Shown piece after piece: positions 45,599-58,359 of a stretch of 64,000 nt of DNA. A model generated the notes under the pieces. The model saw only the letters and a list, made by a program, of their open reading frames with translations. It was not told the origin of the DNA and made no database searches. The DNA is from an uncultured Gemmatimonadales bacterium (lineage in GTDB: Bacteria; Gemmatimonadota; Gemmatimonadetes; Gemmatimonadales; GWC2-71-9), in assembly GCA_963730185.1 (NCBI GenBank), contig CAVSQW010000007.1, positions 694,263 through 758,262 on the forward strand. Direction: 5' to 3'. A program made the position numbers and the translations under genes. Numbering within the stretch: the first letter of the stretch is position 1; each line of letters begins with the position of its first letter.

Positions 45599-46171
45599 TT
45601 GTTGAGACTTTTCGTGACTTTTTTGGTTCCATTTTCCGATTACAATTGACATTGAACTAATCAGAGCAGTAACAGCATCTAGAAAGAACTGTTTACTCAA
45701 ACCATCATAAAATATTACCTTATATAAGTTAATTAACGGGGGAGACTGGATCATAGAGATATTCTTCGGTAATACGAGACTATCTAACTCTATATATGTT
45801 AAATCTAGTTCTTTTCCAGTAATTTGGCTTTCAATATTTTTGTCCAGTTCAAAGGTTGTTCGGATTATAAAACCATCATCTAAATCCTTCTGTAATTCCA
45901 AAAGGAATGGAGTAGATAACACCGACGAATAAGGCAATTGTGGAGATATTTGTGCTTGAAATTTGATACCTTCAGTTTTATCATCCTTTGTGGTATCCTT
46001 TGTTCCATATCCCCATTTTTTTAACCAATCAATTAATTCGTAAAATTTTGATTCTTTTAATTTCATCAATTCAGTTCCATCTTTACCTGCGTCTTTTTCA
46101 ACCGTTATCTCCTTACTTACATTACTAGAGGTAGATTCAGCCGCAGTATTGGTTTTGTTCGATGTAGACAT
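45584..46171 (-). CDS. Hypothetical protein whose last codons and stop lie in the IS end
   Basis: 195-aa ORF overlapping the IS630 right end. Confidence 0.6.
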   Translation of the reverse strand: MSTSNKTNTAAESTSSNVSKEITVEKDAGKDGTELMKLKESKFYELIDWLKKWGYGTKDTTKDDKTEGIKFQAQISPQLPYSSVLSTPFLLELQKDLDDGFIIRTTFELDKNIESQITGKELDLTYIELDSLVLPKNISMIQSPPLINLYKVIFYDGLSKQFFLDAVTALISSMSIVIGKWNQKSHEKSQQSQVS

Positions 46172-46812
46172 CTTCTAAATTAAAATTAGAATATTATTTA
46201 AACAATGATTTCAATCTCAATAATGAGACTAACGTTTAGTTCAATATAATAAAAAAAACTTATTTGTTCCTCATCAAAGTAGTCGCTATTGTTAATTGAA
46301 GTGAGAGAAGGAATATTAAGATCGCTTGTGTGATAAACAGATAGAACTAATTAAGAATTAAAAGAGTTGATCCTATTCTTGATTCGGATCCGAATCTCTT
46401 CATTCCAAATAGTCTATTATGAGGCTAATAACATAGATAAAACCTCTATTACTCAGGTAATATACTGTAATCAAGGATTAACCGTAAGTTGCCAGCACTA
46501 TTTAATAATGATCTTTATTATCGGTTTCGATTCTACATTTTAAAAATTACTGAAAGTCAACTAACAGTATTTTTATATATTTGGAATAAGATGTGCTGGT
46601 AGTTAATTGGCAATGGATGCTAAAAATTTTATTAAAAAGCATTGGTTTTAAAGATTTGCAACTTCGTAAATTCTTCTTGCAAGGATTTTATGAAGACATA
46701 TTGTAAACCTCACTGCATCAAGACAATAACTAATCAATGAATACGGGATTAGCAGATTTGAATTGAATATGGGATAAGTTTGAGAGAATTAAGCATGGAA
46801 AGTAATAAATGT

Positions 46813-46870
46813 ATTAATTTGTACTAATATTTTATTAATCTGTACTAATATTTCATTAATCTGTACTAAT
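46813..46870. repeat. Three direct repeats ATTAAT(T/C)TGTACTAAT at 21-bp period upstream of the ferritin-like gene
   Basis: Start at 46813, 46834, 46855; TATA-like TTTATATA near 46902. Confidence 0.85.
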
Positions 46871-46937
46871 TTTTTATAAAATTTCATATAATATTGAAAT
46901 ATTTATATAAAAGAACTGTGTAATATATCTGATCAAT

Positions 46938-47423
46938 ATGGGTAAAATGTCTAAAGAAATAGCTGGGCCTGGTGTTGAAGGTACAGTACAAATGCTCAAA
47001 AAAGCATATGGCGCTGAATTATCTGCATTTCATTACTTTTGGTTCGTATCACAGAATATAGAAGGATTAGGAGTATTACATCAGGGTTTCTTTGAAGATA
47101 GAGCAAAGGAAGAATTAGGACATGCAAAAAAAGTTGCATTCAGGTTAATGCAGTTAGAAACACAACCAACCGATGAACCATCACAATGGGAACAAGACAG
47201 CGGCCTCGGAAAGCTACAACCTTCAAGATATTTAACACTTAGGAGTGCATTGGAAAAAGCATTAGAATTTGAAAGGGCGGTAATTAAACATTATAATGAT
47301 TTGGCAAATAATGTAAAAGATAAAGACCATGCAACATACCATCTTGCATTAGAATTATTAGATGCAGAGTTGGAAGATGAACAAAACATAGAAGATATTT
47401 TAGCAAAGCTAGAAATCCAATAA
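46938..47423 (+). CDS. Ferritin-like protein (DPSL/bacterioferritin-related)
   Basis: AELSAFHYF, KEELGHA, EFERAVIKHY, AELEDEQ. Confidence 0.82.
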   Translation: MGKMSKEIAGPGVEGTVQMLKKAYGAELSAFHYFWFVSQNIEGLGVLHQGFFEDRAKEELGHAKKVAFRLMQLETQPTDEPSQWEQDSGLGKLQPSRYLTLRSALEKALEFERAVIKHYNDLANNVKDKDHATYHLALELLDAELEDEQNIEDILAKLEIQ

Positions 47424-48379
47424 AATATTTTTCTTTTAATTTTTGATTTAAAACAATGATATAAATATATTGTAAAAGTACCTTAGTCAGGTTGACTGAC
47501 ACCATTTCTAAATATTCTACTTATTGTACAGCGTGTAAGATTAGCGTAAATTTATCGGGTATTAAATTTGTTAAACTAGCAAATAATATGGCAACAATTG
47601 AAGGCAATTGTCCTATATTTGCGGTCTCAGGTTGATGAAGGGAAAGATTATGCCAAAAGCAGGAAAAAATCCACTCCAAAAGAGCAAAAGAAAAAATAAT
47701 AGAAGAAAATTAAGTTCTTATAATTTGTTAAAGTCAAAGAAATGATTATAAATTATAGTAAATAAAATGGTAAGAAAAGCAATTATGTTTTAGATTCATT
47801 TTCATCATATATGTTAATTAGCCATTATTTTCTCTTTTTCTATTAGATGGAAGCTCCAAACCGATAATGCCCATCATTGATTCGCCTATGGGTTCAAATA
47901 TAGTTCTGAGAGATTCATCATCATAATACTTTGCTATGTCAGACAACTTTGATTCGATTTTCTTTTGTTCAATTTTTAATAAAACATATCTAGCTATAAG
48001 GGCCTTAACCTCGTCTGCTTTATCTTCCTGAATAGGGTGCTTCCCTGATGAAGTTAGAATTTGATGTATTAGTGGAAGTGGTTTTAGTAGGCAATACCAA
48101 TTTTATTAGTTACTTCCTAATACTATGGTGCATCTTTGAGGACTACAATAGGACCGTATCTTATTGCCGTCTCATTTAATGCAAAGGTCATTTGGTCGAT
48201 CGAGTCAAGTATTCCATCTGTGTTTTCGCATATATAGGTTATAAAAGTGTCTTCAGATTCCTTTTCTTCTTTTTCATTTATGAGCGACGAGGATGATGAT
48301 AAAGATTGTTGGCGGTTGGTAATAGACATTAGTATGGCCTAATTAATCCAGCCTAATATTTAAATTGTTTCATAATATA

Positions 48380-48867
48380 GAAAATCAACCTTTAATATTT
48401 GGTCAAGGTTTTGGCGGTATAACCGACCTTCATGTAGGACCAGACGGGTACCTTTATGTATTAAGTTATACCGGTGCATTGTATAGAATCTTACCTATAT
48501 CTGAAAGTAATACTTCCAAAAATCAACCAGATTAGCCGAAGATCACGAAACACAAAGTACTACTCTATCCCTGTAATCATCGCAGGAATAAAAGGCAACC
48601 AATCATATTCGCCAAACACAATTAGGAGTTGAATCAGGCCAAACAATAACTTGGCATAATGGAGATACAGTGTCCCATACGGTGACTTCGGGCCAGGATA
48701 ATGACGTGGATGAAGGTGTATCGTTTGATTCTGATGCCATCATACCGAATCAACAATATAGCTTCAAATTTGATAGTCCTGGGGAATTCAAATATTACTG
48801 CATATATCATCCTTCGATGATCGGTGAGATGATAGTTGAATATATTGCTTACATCGGACGCCTCTAA
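48380..48867 (+). pseudogene. 3' remnant of a second PQQ dehydrogenase-cupredoxin fusion
   Basis: ENQPLIFGQGFGGITDLHVGPDGYLYVLSYTG, then HTVTSG...YYCIYHPSM; paralogous to 26386..27060. Confidence 0.8.
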
Positions 48868-49019
48868 CCCCCTATAGGCAGTACTAGAACTAATTCCATG
48901 ATATCCAGCCTGAACGTGAAAATCGCAAAGAAAACATGCTTGTAATTAATAAATGTTTAGAATATCAAAATTAATGTATAAATTTATCATATATATATAA
49001 TAAATAACCAAAGAGTAAT

Positions 49020-50213
49020 GTGAAACCCTCTGTATCGTTGATTTCAAAGTCCCTTGCGCTCGTTTTCACTATTTATACATTTTTGTCCTTAGTCACGCAG
49101 TATAAAGTACAAGATGTTGTTAGCACAATCATCAACGAATCTTCATTTACGTCAATAAATCCATCTATTTTGATTAATACAACAAAGGTATCTAACTGTA
49201 TGCCGCAAGAGATCACCGATAACAATGATGACAATAATTCAACTGCATTATCTAAGACCGAATCCAACAAAATAAATAAAGCAAATACCAATAATGAGAT
49301 TGGAGGAATTTGTAAAATTCTTGGAGTATCAGATTCGATCTCCTGTACTGAATATAATGGTAATCAATCCGAAATACCATGTGAATCAAACGATTCTGAT
49401 GAAAATGAACTTAAACTAGATAATTTTGGTGATAATGGTCACCTATTGGCCGACACAAAATTTGAACAACGATATTCATTCGAATTGAATGATCCCGCGG
49501 CTCAAGACAAAAAATTCAGAGTAACTATGGACTTTGATAAACATACGCAAAGCGAAAATAATGATATAAACTCACCTCGATTAGAGATAGTAAGAGAAAA
49601 TTCAGAAGGAATACCAGATATGTCTGCTGCAAAGAATCAGGAAATAATTTGGCATGGAAACATACATGAGTATTTTAAGGAACCTGAAGGCAAATTTGAA
49701 AATGAAACATATATAGCTCTTCAATTTAATACCGGACGTCACGGAAGTAATGAGCCCGATGAAGAGCGTGGCTTTGGGATATTGTTTGATGTTTCTGGTA
49801 GTAGTAACCCGAATCTATTAGAATATCGGGATGATGGCAAGTATGTAAAATATGATTTTAATACTACAAAGGAATTAGCACATGACAGTTTTATTTTCCA
49901 TCAATTAGATAAGAACGGCAATCCTATATTTAATAACAATCTGACAAACAAAGAAAATGTGGAACTTAAAGTAAGAACATTTTTGACAGACAAGGATACT
50001 AGAATGATCGAAACATTTATTGATAATGGCTCGGGTAAGGAAATTCCCTATTGGACCTTAAATAATCTCTCCAAATTAAAGGAACAAGATGGTGTTGATG
50101 ACAAAAACGGATTCATGGAGACTATAAATCAAGGATCTGGATATGTTATTGCACGCACTGATAACATTGATACCAGGCCTTCATCATTTAAGTCATTTTC
50201 TTTTGACTTATAG
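49020..50213 (+). CDS. Secreted/membrane-anchored hypothetical protein
   Basis: 397-aa ORF with N-terminal hydrophobic segment. Confidence 0.7.
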   Translation: MKPSVSLISKSLALVFTIYTFLSLVTQYKVQDVVSTIINESSFTSINPSILINTTKVSNCMPQEITDNNDDNNSTALSKTESNKINKANTNNEIGGICKILGVSDSISCTEYNGNQSEIPCESNDSDENELKLDNFGDNGHLLADTKFEQRYSFELNDPAAQDKKFRVTMDFDKHTQSENNDINSPRLEIVRENSEGIPDMSAAKNQEIIWHGNIHEYFKEPEGKFENETYIALQFNTGRHGSNEPDEERGFGILFDVSGSSNPNLLEYRDDGKYVKYDFNTTKELAHDSFIFHQLDKNGNPIFNNNLTNKENVELKVRTFLTDKDTRMIETFIDNGSGKEIPYWTLNNLSKLKEQDGVDDKNGFMETINQGSGYVIARTDNIDTRPSSFKSFSFDL

Positions 50214-50409
50214 TATCCTATATATGCTTAATTTGAGAGAGTATTTTTGAATTTTAACTGATATGCACAAAAATCAACCAAAGTCATAAACCAAAATTTT
50301 TTTGCTATAGGATGAGTTAATCAGTCAAATAACCGGAATGGTATAATATTTGGTAAAATAGTCGTATTTAATATACATATTTAATAAAAATACCACTATT
50401 TAGTACGGA

Positions 50410-50676
50410 TTATTCAAAATCAAACATCTCATCAGTGGAGGCATCTTCACGATATTCATCCTTGTAAAAATAATAACCCTTATCTTGCCCATCACAAACA
50501 TTGTTTTTTTCCGATTGATTTCTTTCATGAAGTTCATTTCCAAAGTTGTTATTAGCAGCTATTTTTTCGATTTCACCGCAATCTAACCATATACCTTCAC
50601 ATTCAGGGCATTTATCCAATTCCACGCAGAATCTAGATGTCAAAACCATTTCTGAAAAACAATTTGGACATTTCAA
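50410..50676 (-). CDS. zf-TFIIB-type zinc-ribbon protein
   Basis: MKCPNC...ELDKCPECEGIWLDCGEIEKI...FDFE. Confidence 0.8.
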   Translation of the reverse strand: MKCPNCFSEMVLTSRFCVELDKCPECEGIWLDCGEIEKIAANNNFGNELHERNQSEKNNVCDGQDKGYYFYKDEYREDASTDEMFDFE

Positions 50677-50915
50677 AATATTAAATGATTTTTGTTGATG
50701 ATATATATAAAATGATCCTATTAATTAAATTCTTAATAATTATTGTCATTTTATTAGATAATATAATTTCTATAAATTCATTTCTATAAAACTGGAAAAA
50801 TTGAATTGAGTAATCCATTCTATTGCTACAACTAGCTTCTGTAATTATTTTCGGGGTTAATATCATAACAGATGTCAATCAATAATCTTATTTACTATAG
50901 AGATAAATTTAATTA

Positions 50916-51203
50916 ATGAGCGAATCTACGAAATTTAATTATTCGATAGTTAGAGAGAATTCAATTAATAATTTCATTAAGGATCTGCTAGAGGACAGGA
51001 TTGAATTTGATTATTCAAAGGGTATTAAGGAAGATAAAAATGAAGTTTTTAATGCTGCTATGGATTTAAAGGCAAAAATAATTCCATATCTAACTGTTGA
51101 AAAGGACTACGCCAATAAAGAATATCATAAGCTTCAAGAAAACATATTTTCTTGTTATCTGACCCTAAAAATTTTTGGAGTAATACGTCCAAAATTAAGT
51201 TAG
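50916..51203 (+). CDS. Hypothetical protein
   Basis: 95-aa ORF with ATG and TATA-like upstream sequence. Confidence 0.55.
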   Translation: MSESTKFNYSIVRENSINNFIKDLLEDRIEFDYSKGIKEDKNEVFNAAMDLKAKIIPYLTVEKDYANKEYHKLQENIFSCYLTLKIFGVIRPKLS

Positions 51204-51386
51204 GTTACATGTATCTTTCATGTGTTTTATGAAAGAGAATAATATCATCACATGATTCAACTGACATAGACAGTTTGTTTTTATAATGACCATCCTTCCT
51301 ACATCTTTTGTTTGACATTAAGTAATCAAAACTTACTTTTCTACTCTGACTAAATATTCCTCTAAAAGACATACAGTCCAATTAAT

Positions 51387-52590
51387 TGAGGCTGGGTCAT
51401 AATTCATTTTGATAATCTTATCCAGCAATAGTATATCGAATCAAATTACGATCCTATCATGTACTTGATCATCCTTCTGGGATTGTTATTTCCGTTCATA
51501 CAGTTATGATAAACAAGTATTTGGTACAGTAGTACTGCTAAAAGCACGATACCACGTACCTTATCAAATCCTCTTATCGGTACTGGGTCTATCCGAAATA
51601 CAGATTTTATGTGCTCTATCAGAGGTTCTATGGATATACCTCTCCTGGAATACACTACCTGCCCTAGCGATGACCGATAGAAATCAACAAGTTTCAGTCT
51701 TTCTTCAGGTGTTTTTCTGTATCTGCGTACAGGACATACAAGCTGAAATCCCATCTTTAGGCTTGATTCATACAGTTCATGATCGTCGTAACCTGGATCT
51801 GGGATACTACCATAAAATGTACTTTTTTAATGATTTCAGAAGATAGACCCGATGAGGTTGATGATGATGATGATTCAAATCTGGATAAACATTATTATCT
51901 TGTATATTGGCCGTTGTGACATCTGCTGCTAGAGGTACAATAATTGAAGAAGGATCCGTATTACATACCAGGTGAAGTTTGTATCCAAACACCCATCCTT
52001 TGGTATGACTTAAACCCCACATTGCATCGGTGTCAATTCCTGAATAAGGTACAATTCCTTCTTTTATGGATGATGCATGCCAGACATGACCATTCGATTT
52101 TAAGAGTGCACTGTCTGTTGCAAGGATGTATGGTTTGACCAGACCATGCAGAAACAAACAGATTCCCCATTGTTGCTATCCTTTCCTTTATATCGGTAGA
52201 CATCGTTTTCAGTCTTCTATCAAATGTGCGTCTGTTTGGTGGTAAGTATGATAATGACAAACCACATGCTTTTACAATCCTTCTGTTATAGGGTAAATCC
52301 AAGGATAGAAAATGATGCAGTGACCTGTTTGAGTCCAGTCTGAACCAAATACGAACGATAAAGCATCGTAAAATGATGGTAGGAGAGTATACATAAGGTC
52401 TACCTCTTTTATGACGACGGTTGGTGCAATTCGATGACCAATCAATCAATCCGATAAAATACAAAATACTAATTAGAATGGATGACGAACTATAACTGGC
52501 TAGTCTTTTAGTTAGTATCTGTTGTTTCAATCAAAATATGATATTCTAGAAGACCAGCTTTATTTGTTGGGAATTAATGACCCAGTCTCA
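51387..52590 (-). mobile_element. IS4/IS5-superfamily (DDE_Tnp_1-like) element, frameshifted transposase
   Basis: IR TGAGGCTGGGTCAT / ATGACCCAGTCTCA (13/14); RGRPYVY, ATDS, FGYKLHL, RGISIEP. Confidence 0.85.
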
Positions 52591-52738
52591 TTTAATTAGT
52601 AAGTAAAAATCATAACCAACTGGATGAATGTTTTTGAGTAGTAGTATAATCAATAAATAAATATCTAATTGGTATTATTTATGGACAATATTTCCTGCAT
52701 TTAACATTAAAGTATAAGATTTATTTACAAATGTTATA

Positions 52739-53711
52739 ATGACTAATAACTTCATTGGTGTTGAAAAAACTACAAAAAGTTTTTTAGATAAACTACAAAA
52801 TAATTCCGGTCCCCCTATTTACAAATTATCACCTACCGATGCACGAAATGTGTTGTCAGGTCTTCAATCGGTACCAGTTGCAAAGCCTGCAGTTGACATA
52901 CAGGATCTCTCCATCTCCGGCAAATCAAATGAAAAAATAGATATTCAAATTATAAGACCGTTCAATAGCGGCGATAAAACCCTTCCGGTTGTGGTCTATT
53001 TTCATGGTGGCGGATGGGTTTTAGGAGGAATAGATACTCATGACAGGCTAGTAAGAGAATTGACCAACTCCATTAATGCTGCAATTGTATTTGTTAAATA
53101 TAGTAAATATCCTGAAGCTAAATATCCAAAAGCTCTAGAAGAAGCTTATGATTCAATAAAATGGATTTCAGAAAATGGTAACTCATTGAATTTAGACTCA
53201 TCTAGAATGGCTGTCGTAGGAGACAGTGTTGGCGGCAACATGGCAACTGCTGTTGCGATGCTTGCCAAGGAGCGTCAGGGACCAAAAATTCTTTATCAGG
53301 TCCTTTTCTATCCGGTTACCGAAGCAAATTTTGATACCGAGTCATATCAATCTTTTCAAGAGGGTTACTTTTTGACAAGAGAAGCCATGAAATGGTTTTG
53401 GGAAAGTTATGTTTCAGATAAAGCCGATTTGAAAAAACCCACAGTTTCTCCATTGCTATCTTCAAGAGAACAGCTCAATGGTTTACCACCAGCTCTTGTA
53501 ATAACAGGCGAGTTTGATGTATTAAGGGATGAAGGGAGAAGCTTATGCACATAAGATGATGGAAGCTGGAGTAAACGTAACTGCATGTAGATATCAAGGC
53601 ACCATTCATGATTTCGTAATGTTAAACGAAATTGCAGATACGCCAACAACAAGAGGTGCAATTGAACAGGCATCTGATAAACTAAGAAAGGTATTATGGG
53701 AAAGAGAATAG
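52739..53711 (+). CDS. Alpha/beta hydrolase (HSL-family esterase); frameshift near 3' end
   Basis: HGGGW, GDSVGG, DVLRDEG, TIHDF. Confidence 0.92.
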
Positions 53712-54126
53712 ACATTGTAGATACTGTTTGGTCAATTTTTTTTGACCATACCATTTCTCATTATTTACTGAGAGAAATACGATTGTTTTCAATAGAGTTT
53801 TGTCACATCTCATAAAGTACGTATATCTATTTAGAAGACTAGATAGAACATGTTACTAACATTAGTGTTATTATTTTCAATATTTTTGTAGTGGCCTAAT
53901 GTAGTTGTATAAAGGATATAATGGGATTGGATTGGATTTGATTGAAATGGTGTAATACCCGTAAAGCTGGCTAAATTGATCTATATATTCATATTCAGAA
54001 TTCCATTTGTTGATGTCTGTCTGTCTGTCTGTCTATGAATGTCATTTTTCAAGTTTTTCAAACAAGATTGAAATCGACTTGATGAATTTATTAAATATTA
54101 AGACAACAATTAGGTAGAGAACATAT

Positions 54127-54861
54127 TGGATAAAGTACAAAGTTAATCACGTTGAACCTCACATAAAAGAAAGTAACTACATTAGAGACATTGTTTTTGG
54201 TTTTGGTGATGGAGTTAATACTTCTTTAGGAATAGTAGCCGGCATAGGTGGTGCCTCTGTGGGTGTGGATATAGTCATTTTAGCAGCGGTAATAGGAATG
54301 TTTACGGGTGCTAAAGCCATGGCAGTACAAAATTATCTTGCTGTTAAATCCAAAGAGAGATTTTAAATCGAAATCAAAAGAGAAGAATATGAAATTGAAA
54401 ATACTCCCGAGGAGGAAAGAAAAGAGATAGAAGAAATTTACAAGTCCAAAGGGTTTGCCGGTGAAGAATTGAATATGGTTGTAAATAAGATTACATCCAA
54501 TAAGGGAGTTTGGTTGAAAACGATGCTAACAGAGGAGTTGGGTATGAATCTAGAAATCCTAGGCAATCCTATAAAAGGGGCTATTGTTATGTTCATATCA
54601 TTTTTAATAGGAGGCATATTACCAATACTACCATATTTCATAGTCAAAACTGGTTTAATCAACAATTTTACGGCATTACTAATAGCCATTTCTATGAGTT
54701 TATCGTCATCTTTCATGATTGGTGCAATCAAAGGTAGATTAGCTAAAAAAAGCTGGATAAAAGGAGGATTAGAAATGTCTTTATTAGGAACAGGCATTGC
54801 GTTACTTGGTTATGGAATCGGATCTGAAATGAATAACCTAGGAGTGGTCAACTTTGAATAA
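54127..54861 (+). CDS. VIT1/CCC1 family iron/manganese transporter, frameshifted; start approximate
   Basis: YIRDIVFGFGDGVNTSLGIVAG, AMAVQNYL, MLTEELG, GGILPILPY. Confidence 0.85.
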
Positions 54862-54919
54862 CTGGTATTGGTGATGTAAGGCATTATAGTTTAGATATAT
54901 GCAGTAGATGAGAAATAAT

Positions 54920-57061
54920 TTAAGTAGAATATTTTTTTTTCAATTTCTTAGCTAGTTTTGGACCTATTTTTGGGATCATAGATAGTTTTGATTCTGAAAT
55001 TAGCAGGAGATCGTTAGGTACGTTGATTCCAGCCCCATGAAGAGATCTCGCTCTTGCCCTTCCTATATCTTTAATCTGTACCAATGGAACAAGCTCTGCC
55101 TTTACTCCATGCTTAATTCGACTTTCGAGTGAAAAAAGAACGGGTAAAAGATCGTTTCTGTTTAACAATTTACATATTTCGAATATTGAAGAGATTAACC
55201 AATTAGACACTTCGACAATTCTATGTATATCACCTGGCTCCACACCAATTCTCTCATTCATCCTTTTTTCTGTAGACTCATTGATCCATTCGTATAGAGT
55301 CCATAGACTTCTAGAACAATCCATAATGTCTACGTCTGAAAAAAATTCATCATAATTGTTATAAAATAGATAACTGAACTCTTCGATGTCTTGTTTTCTA
55401 AACGAAAGTTTAGGATAAAAGTCTGGGCAAGTGGTAATCATATGAAGGAAACCAAATACATTGTTGATTTTTACAGACTTTGGTTTTATATCATTGATGG
55501 TGTTCCTAAACGCAACAGCAGTCTCAGGATTAAGATATAAATTTGAAACTAATTTTCCAAATCCGGTCACATTATACATATTGTTTTGCAATCGAATTAG
55601 ATCTTCCTCTAGAAAATAATCTAAAGATGAATCTATTTTATCAAATAGGGAAGTATTGTTACTATCTTGAAATGAATAAAATGTCTTTGAGAACAAGTCA
55701 TAGATATCATCCAGACTAATTCCGTTAAATGAAGCAATTACACCCAGTAGATGGATTTTAATCGCTATTATATTTCCAAGATTTGAATTTAGAGGTTCAG
55801 GAATCCCTAATATATAATGATCATACAAGTCTTCATAAGATGTTCTTGAATCTGAAATAATTATGGATTCTCCATAAGCATCATATTGAGGTCGTCCAGC
55901 TCTTCCACAAAGTTGTTTATATTCAAGCACACTAATAGGAACTGAAGCACCGTATACAAAATCATACCGGGTAACATTTGTTATTATGACTCTACGTGCA
56001 GGGAGGTTGACGCCAGCAGCTAGTGTAGGTGTTGCAAACAGGGATTTTATGATTCCACTTTTAAATGCCTCTTCAACAACCCCTCTACTTGAAAGACTTA
56101 ATCCTGCATGATGAAACCCTATCCCATTAGATATCAAATTTGACAAATTTTTAGTTAAATCCGTGTCATCACCCTCCTCCAAAATTTGTTTAGAAACCTT
56201 TAAGGTATTTTTCCTTTCTTCTGGTGATAGGGTCTTGGATACAACCTCTGAAACCTTCTTAGCTAAGGATACGGCTCGTTTTCTTGTTTCAACAAAAATA
56301 AGATTTTGTCCATTACTATTTAGAGAATCCATGATTAAATCGATAGCCATCGAAGTGGTGTCTTTCCCTGACTCAGAAACTTTAATTCTGGAATCGTTAT
56401 TAGAATATATTATTCCATCAGAATATACCCCTTCTATCAATTTTGTTGGTCTCCAAGTGCTTTCTATTAATCTTGATCCTAACCATCCTGCAATTTCGGA
56501 GGCATTAGTGATTGTAGCACTTAAGCCAAGAATCTGAGATGATGAATAGTATTTTTTTATTTTGGTTAGGACCATTTCTAAAACCGGTCCCCTATCTTGA
56601 TCTCCGATTAAATGAATTTCGTCTGAAATAAATAGTCCAACATTTGATAACCATGAAGCATTATGTCTAAGAATCGAGTCAATTTTTTCGTTTGTCATAA
56701 TAATTATGTCTGCTGAACTTAAATCGGCGTTTGAAGTATTAAAATCTCCAGTGCTAATCTTTATTCTTATTTTTTTGGAAAATATACCAGATTTATCTAT
56801 AGAAGTAAATTCCAAATATTTTTCATAAGCTAATGCTCTTAATGGTGTAAGATATACTACTTTCTTATTTTTTTCTAAGGATTTAATGGCAGCGAGTATG
56901 GCAATCAATGTTTTCCCGCTTGCGGTAGGAGTAGTAATTAAAATATTAGAATCTTCTAACAAGCCTTTTTCTATAGCCAATTGTTGTGGAGGATATAGAG
57001 AGGTATAACCTAAAAATGAAAGATAAGAAGAAATCCTATCATCACTTAACTTCAATTGCAT
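54920..57061 (-). CDS. hel308: Ski2-like DNA helicase Hel308/Hjm
   Basis: PTASGKT, DEIH, SAT, FHHAGL, TLAAGVNLPA, GRAGRP, IGRARAR. Confidence 0.93.
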   Translation of the reverse strand: MQLKLSDDRISSYLSFLGYTSLYPPQQLAIEKGLLEDSNILITTPTASGKTLIAILAAIKSLEKNKKVVYLTPLRALAYEKYLEFTSIDKSGIFSKKIRIKISTGDFNTSNADLSSADIIIMTNEKIDSILRHNASWLSNVGLFISDEIHLIGDQDRGPVLEMVLTKIKKYYSSSQILGLSATITNASEIAGWLGSRLIESTWRPTKLIEGVYSDGIIYSNNDSRIKVSESGKDTTSMAIDLIMDSLNSNGQNLIFVETRKRAVSLAKKVSEVVSKTLSPEERKNTLKVSKQILEEGDDTDLTKNLSNLISNGIGFHHAGLSLSSRGVVEEAFKSGIIKSLFATPTLAAGVNLPARRVIITNVTRYDFVYGASVPISVLEYKQLCGRAGRPQYDAYGESIIISDSRTSYEDLYDHYILGIPEPLNSNLGNIIAIKIHLLGVIASFNGISLDDIYDLFSKTFYSFQDSNNTSLFDKIDSSLDYFLEEDLIRLQNNMYNVTGFGKLVSNLYLNPETAVAFRNTINDIKPKSVKINNVFGFLHMITTCPDFYPKLSFRKQDIEEFSYLFYNNYDEFFSDVDIMDCSRSLWTLYEWINESTEKRMNERIGVEPGDIHRIVEVSNWLISSIFEICKLLNRNDLLPVLFSLESRIKHGVKAELVPLVQIKDIGRARARSLHGAGINVPNDLLLISESKLSMIPKIGPKLAKKLKKKYST

Positions 57062-57355
57062 GTATAAATTACTATTATTAAGAAATCGTATTACATATTA
57101 AATTTCTTTCATTGATATACAAGCTATTGTTATTAAGGATAGGTAAGGATTTGATCGATAAATTTCTTGCTTGCCCCGGGTAGTGTGTTTGAAATCATGT
57201 TCGCCTTTGATTAACTAAAATGAATTGAAATACTATGACATTATGATTACTATAATTGACACATTTTCGGTCTGTTGATTATTATTATAATATTACCAAT
57301 AAATTATTAATAATTAATAAGTAAACTTTATATTATTAATAACCAAATTATTTTC

Positions 57356-58317
57356 ATGCGAGAGAATTATAAGACTTGGATCTCTTTTTGCTTTATTGTT
57401 TTAACCATAACTTTATTTTCTTCAATTATTCCAAAGTCTATTGCTACCAGTAATTTATCACAAAATAATAATAATATAGTATCAATGAATCAGAGGGTCA
57501 GGGCTTAATTTCATCAAATAATACAAATTTAAAAATTTTCGCATCCTTTTATCCGATTTATGATTTTGTCAAGAAAATAGGCAAAGACAGAGTGGATGTT
57601 TCAACTATAGTACCTGCCAGTATAGAACCCCATGATTTTGAACCTACAGCCAGACAAATAATTGAACTACAAAAAGCTGATGTGATTTTTATTAATGGAG
57701 CCGGATTTGAATCCTGGATTAATAAGATAGGAAATCCAAACGTAGTTGACTTGAGCAAGGATCTGCCGATTGAAAATATAGGATCTACTCCAGATCCCCA
57801 TATTTGGCTTGATCCCAATTTGGTTAAAACATATTCAAAAACCATATTTGAAAAATTAATATCTTTAGATCCTCAAAATACAGATTATTATACAAGCAAT
57901 TTTAATGAATTTAATAGCAAACTAGAACTATTAAATTCAGATATTAATATGAACTTGACTAATTGTGATCTGAATGATTTTATCGCATTTCATGATGCTT
58001 TTGGCTATTTTGCAAAAAGATACGGGTTAACGCAGCATTCAATTAGTGGTTCATCACCCGAAGGAAACATTAATCCTCAAAAAATTGCAGATGCAATAAA
58101 ATTAGCTGAGCAACTAGGTGTAAACATTATTTTTTCAGAAGATAATATTGAGCCTAGACTTTCAAACACAATAGCAAGTGAAATAGGAGGGAAGGTAATG
58201 ATATTGAGCCCGATTGAAATGATTACACAGGAAGAACAAACGTTAGATAAAGATTATTTCTCAAAAATGTACGATAATTTAGATAATTTGAAAATAGCGC
58301 TCAGATGTGAAAATTAA
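57356..58317 (+). CDS. Zn/Mn ABC transporter substrate-binding protein; frameshift near N-terminus
   Basis: EPHDFEPT, DPHIWLDP, FHDAFGYF. Confidence 0.9.
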
Positions 58318-58359
58318 TTATTTGAATTATATAGAATATAAAAAAAGAATTGAATAGCA

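Noticed and set aside
53922..54035. GGATT and TGTC microsatellite-like runs
   Set aside because: Short low-complexity sequence with no supporting context
57270..57345. AT-only palindromes upstream of the Zn/Mn binding protein as operators
   Set aside because: Not distinguishable from the very AT-rich background
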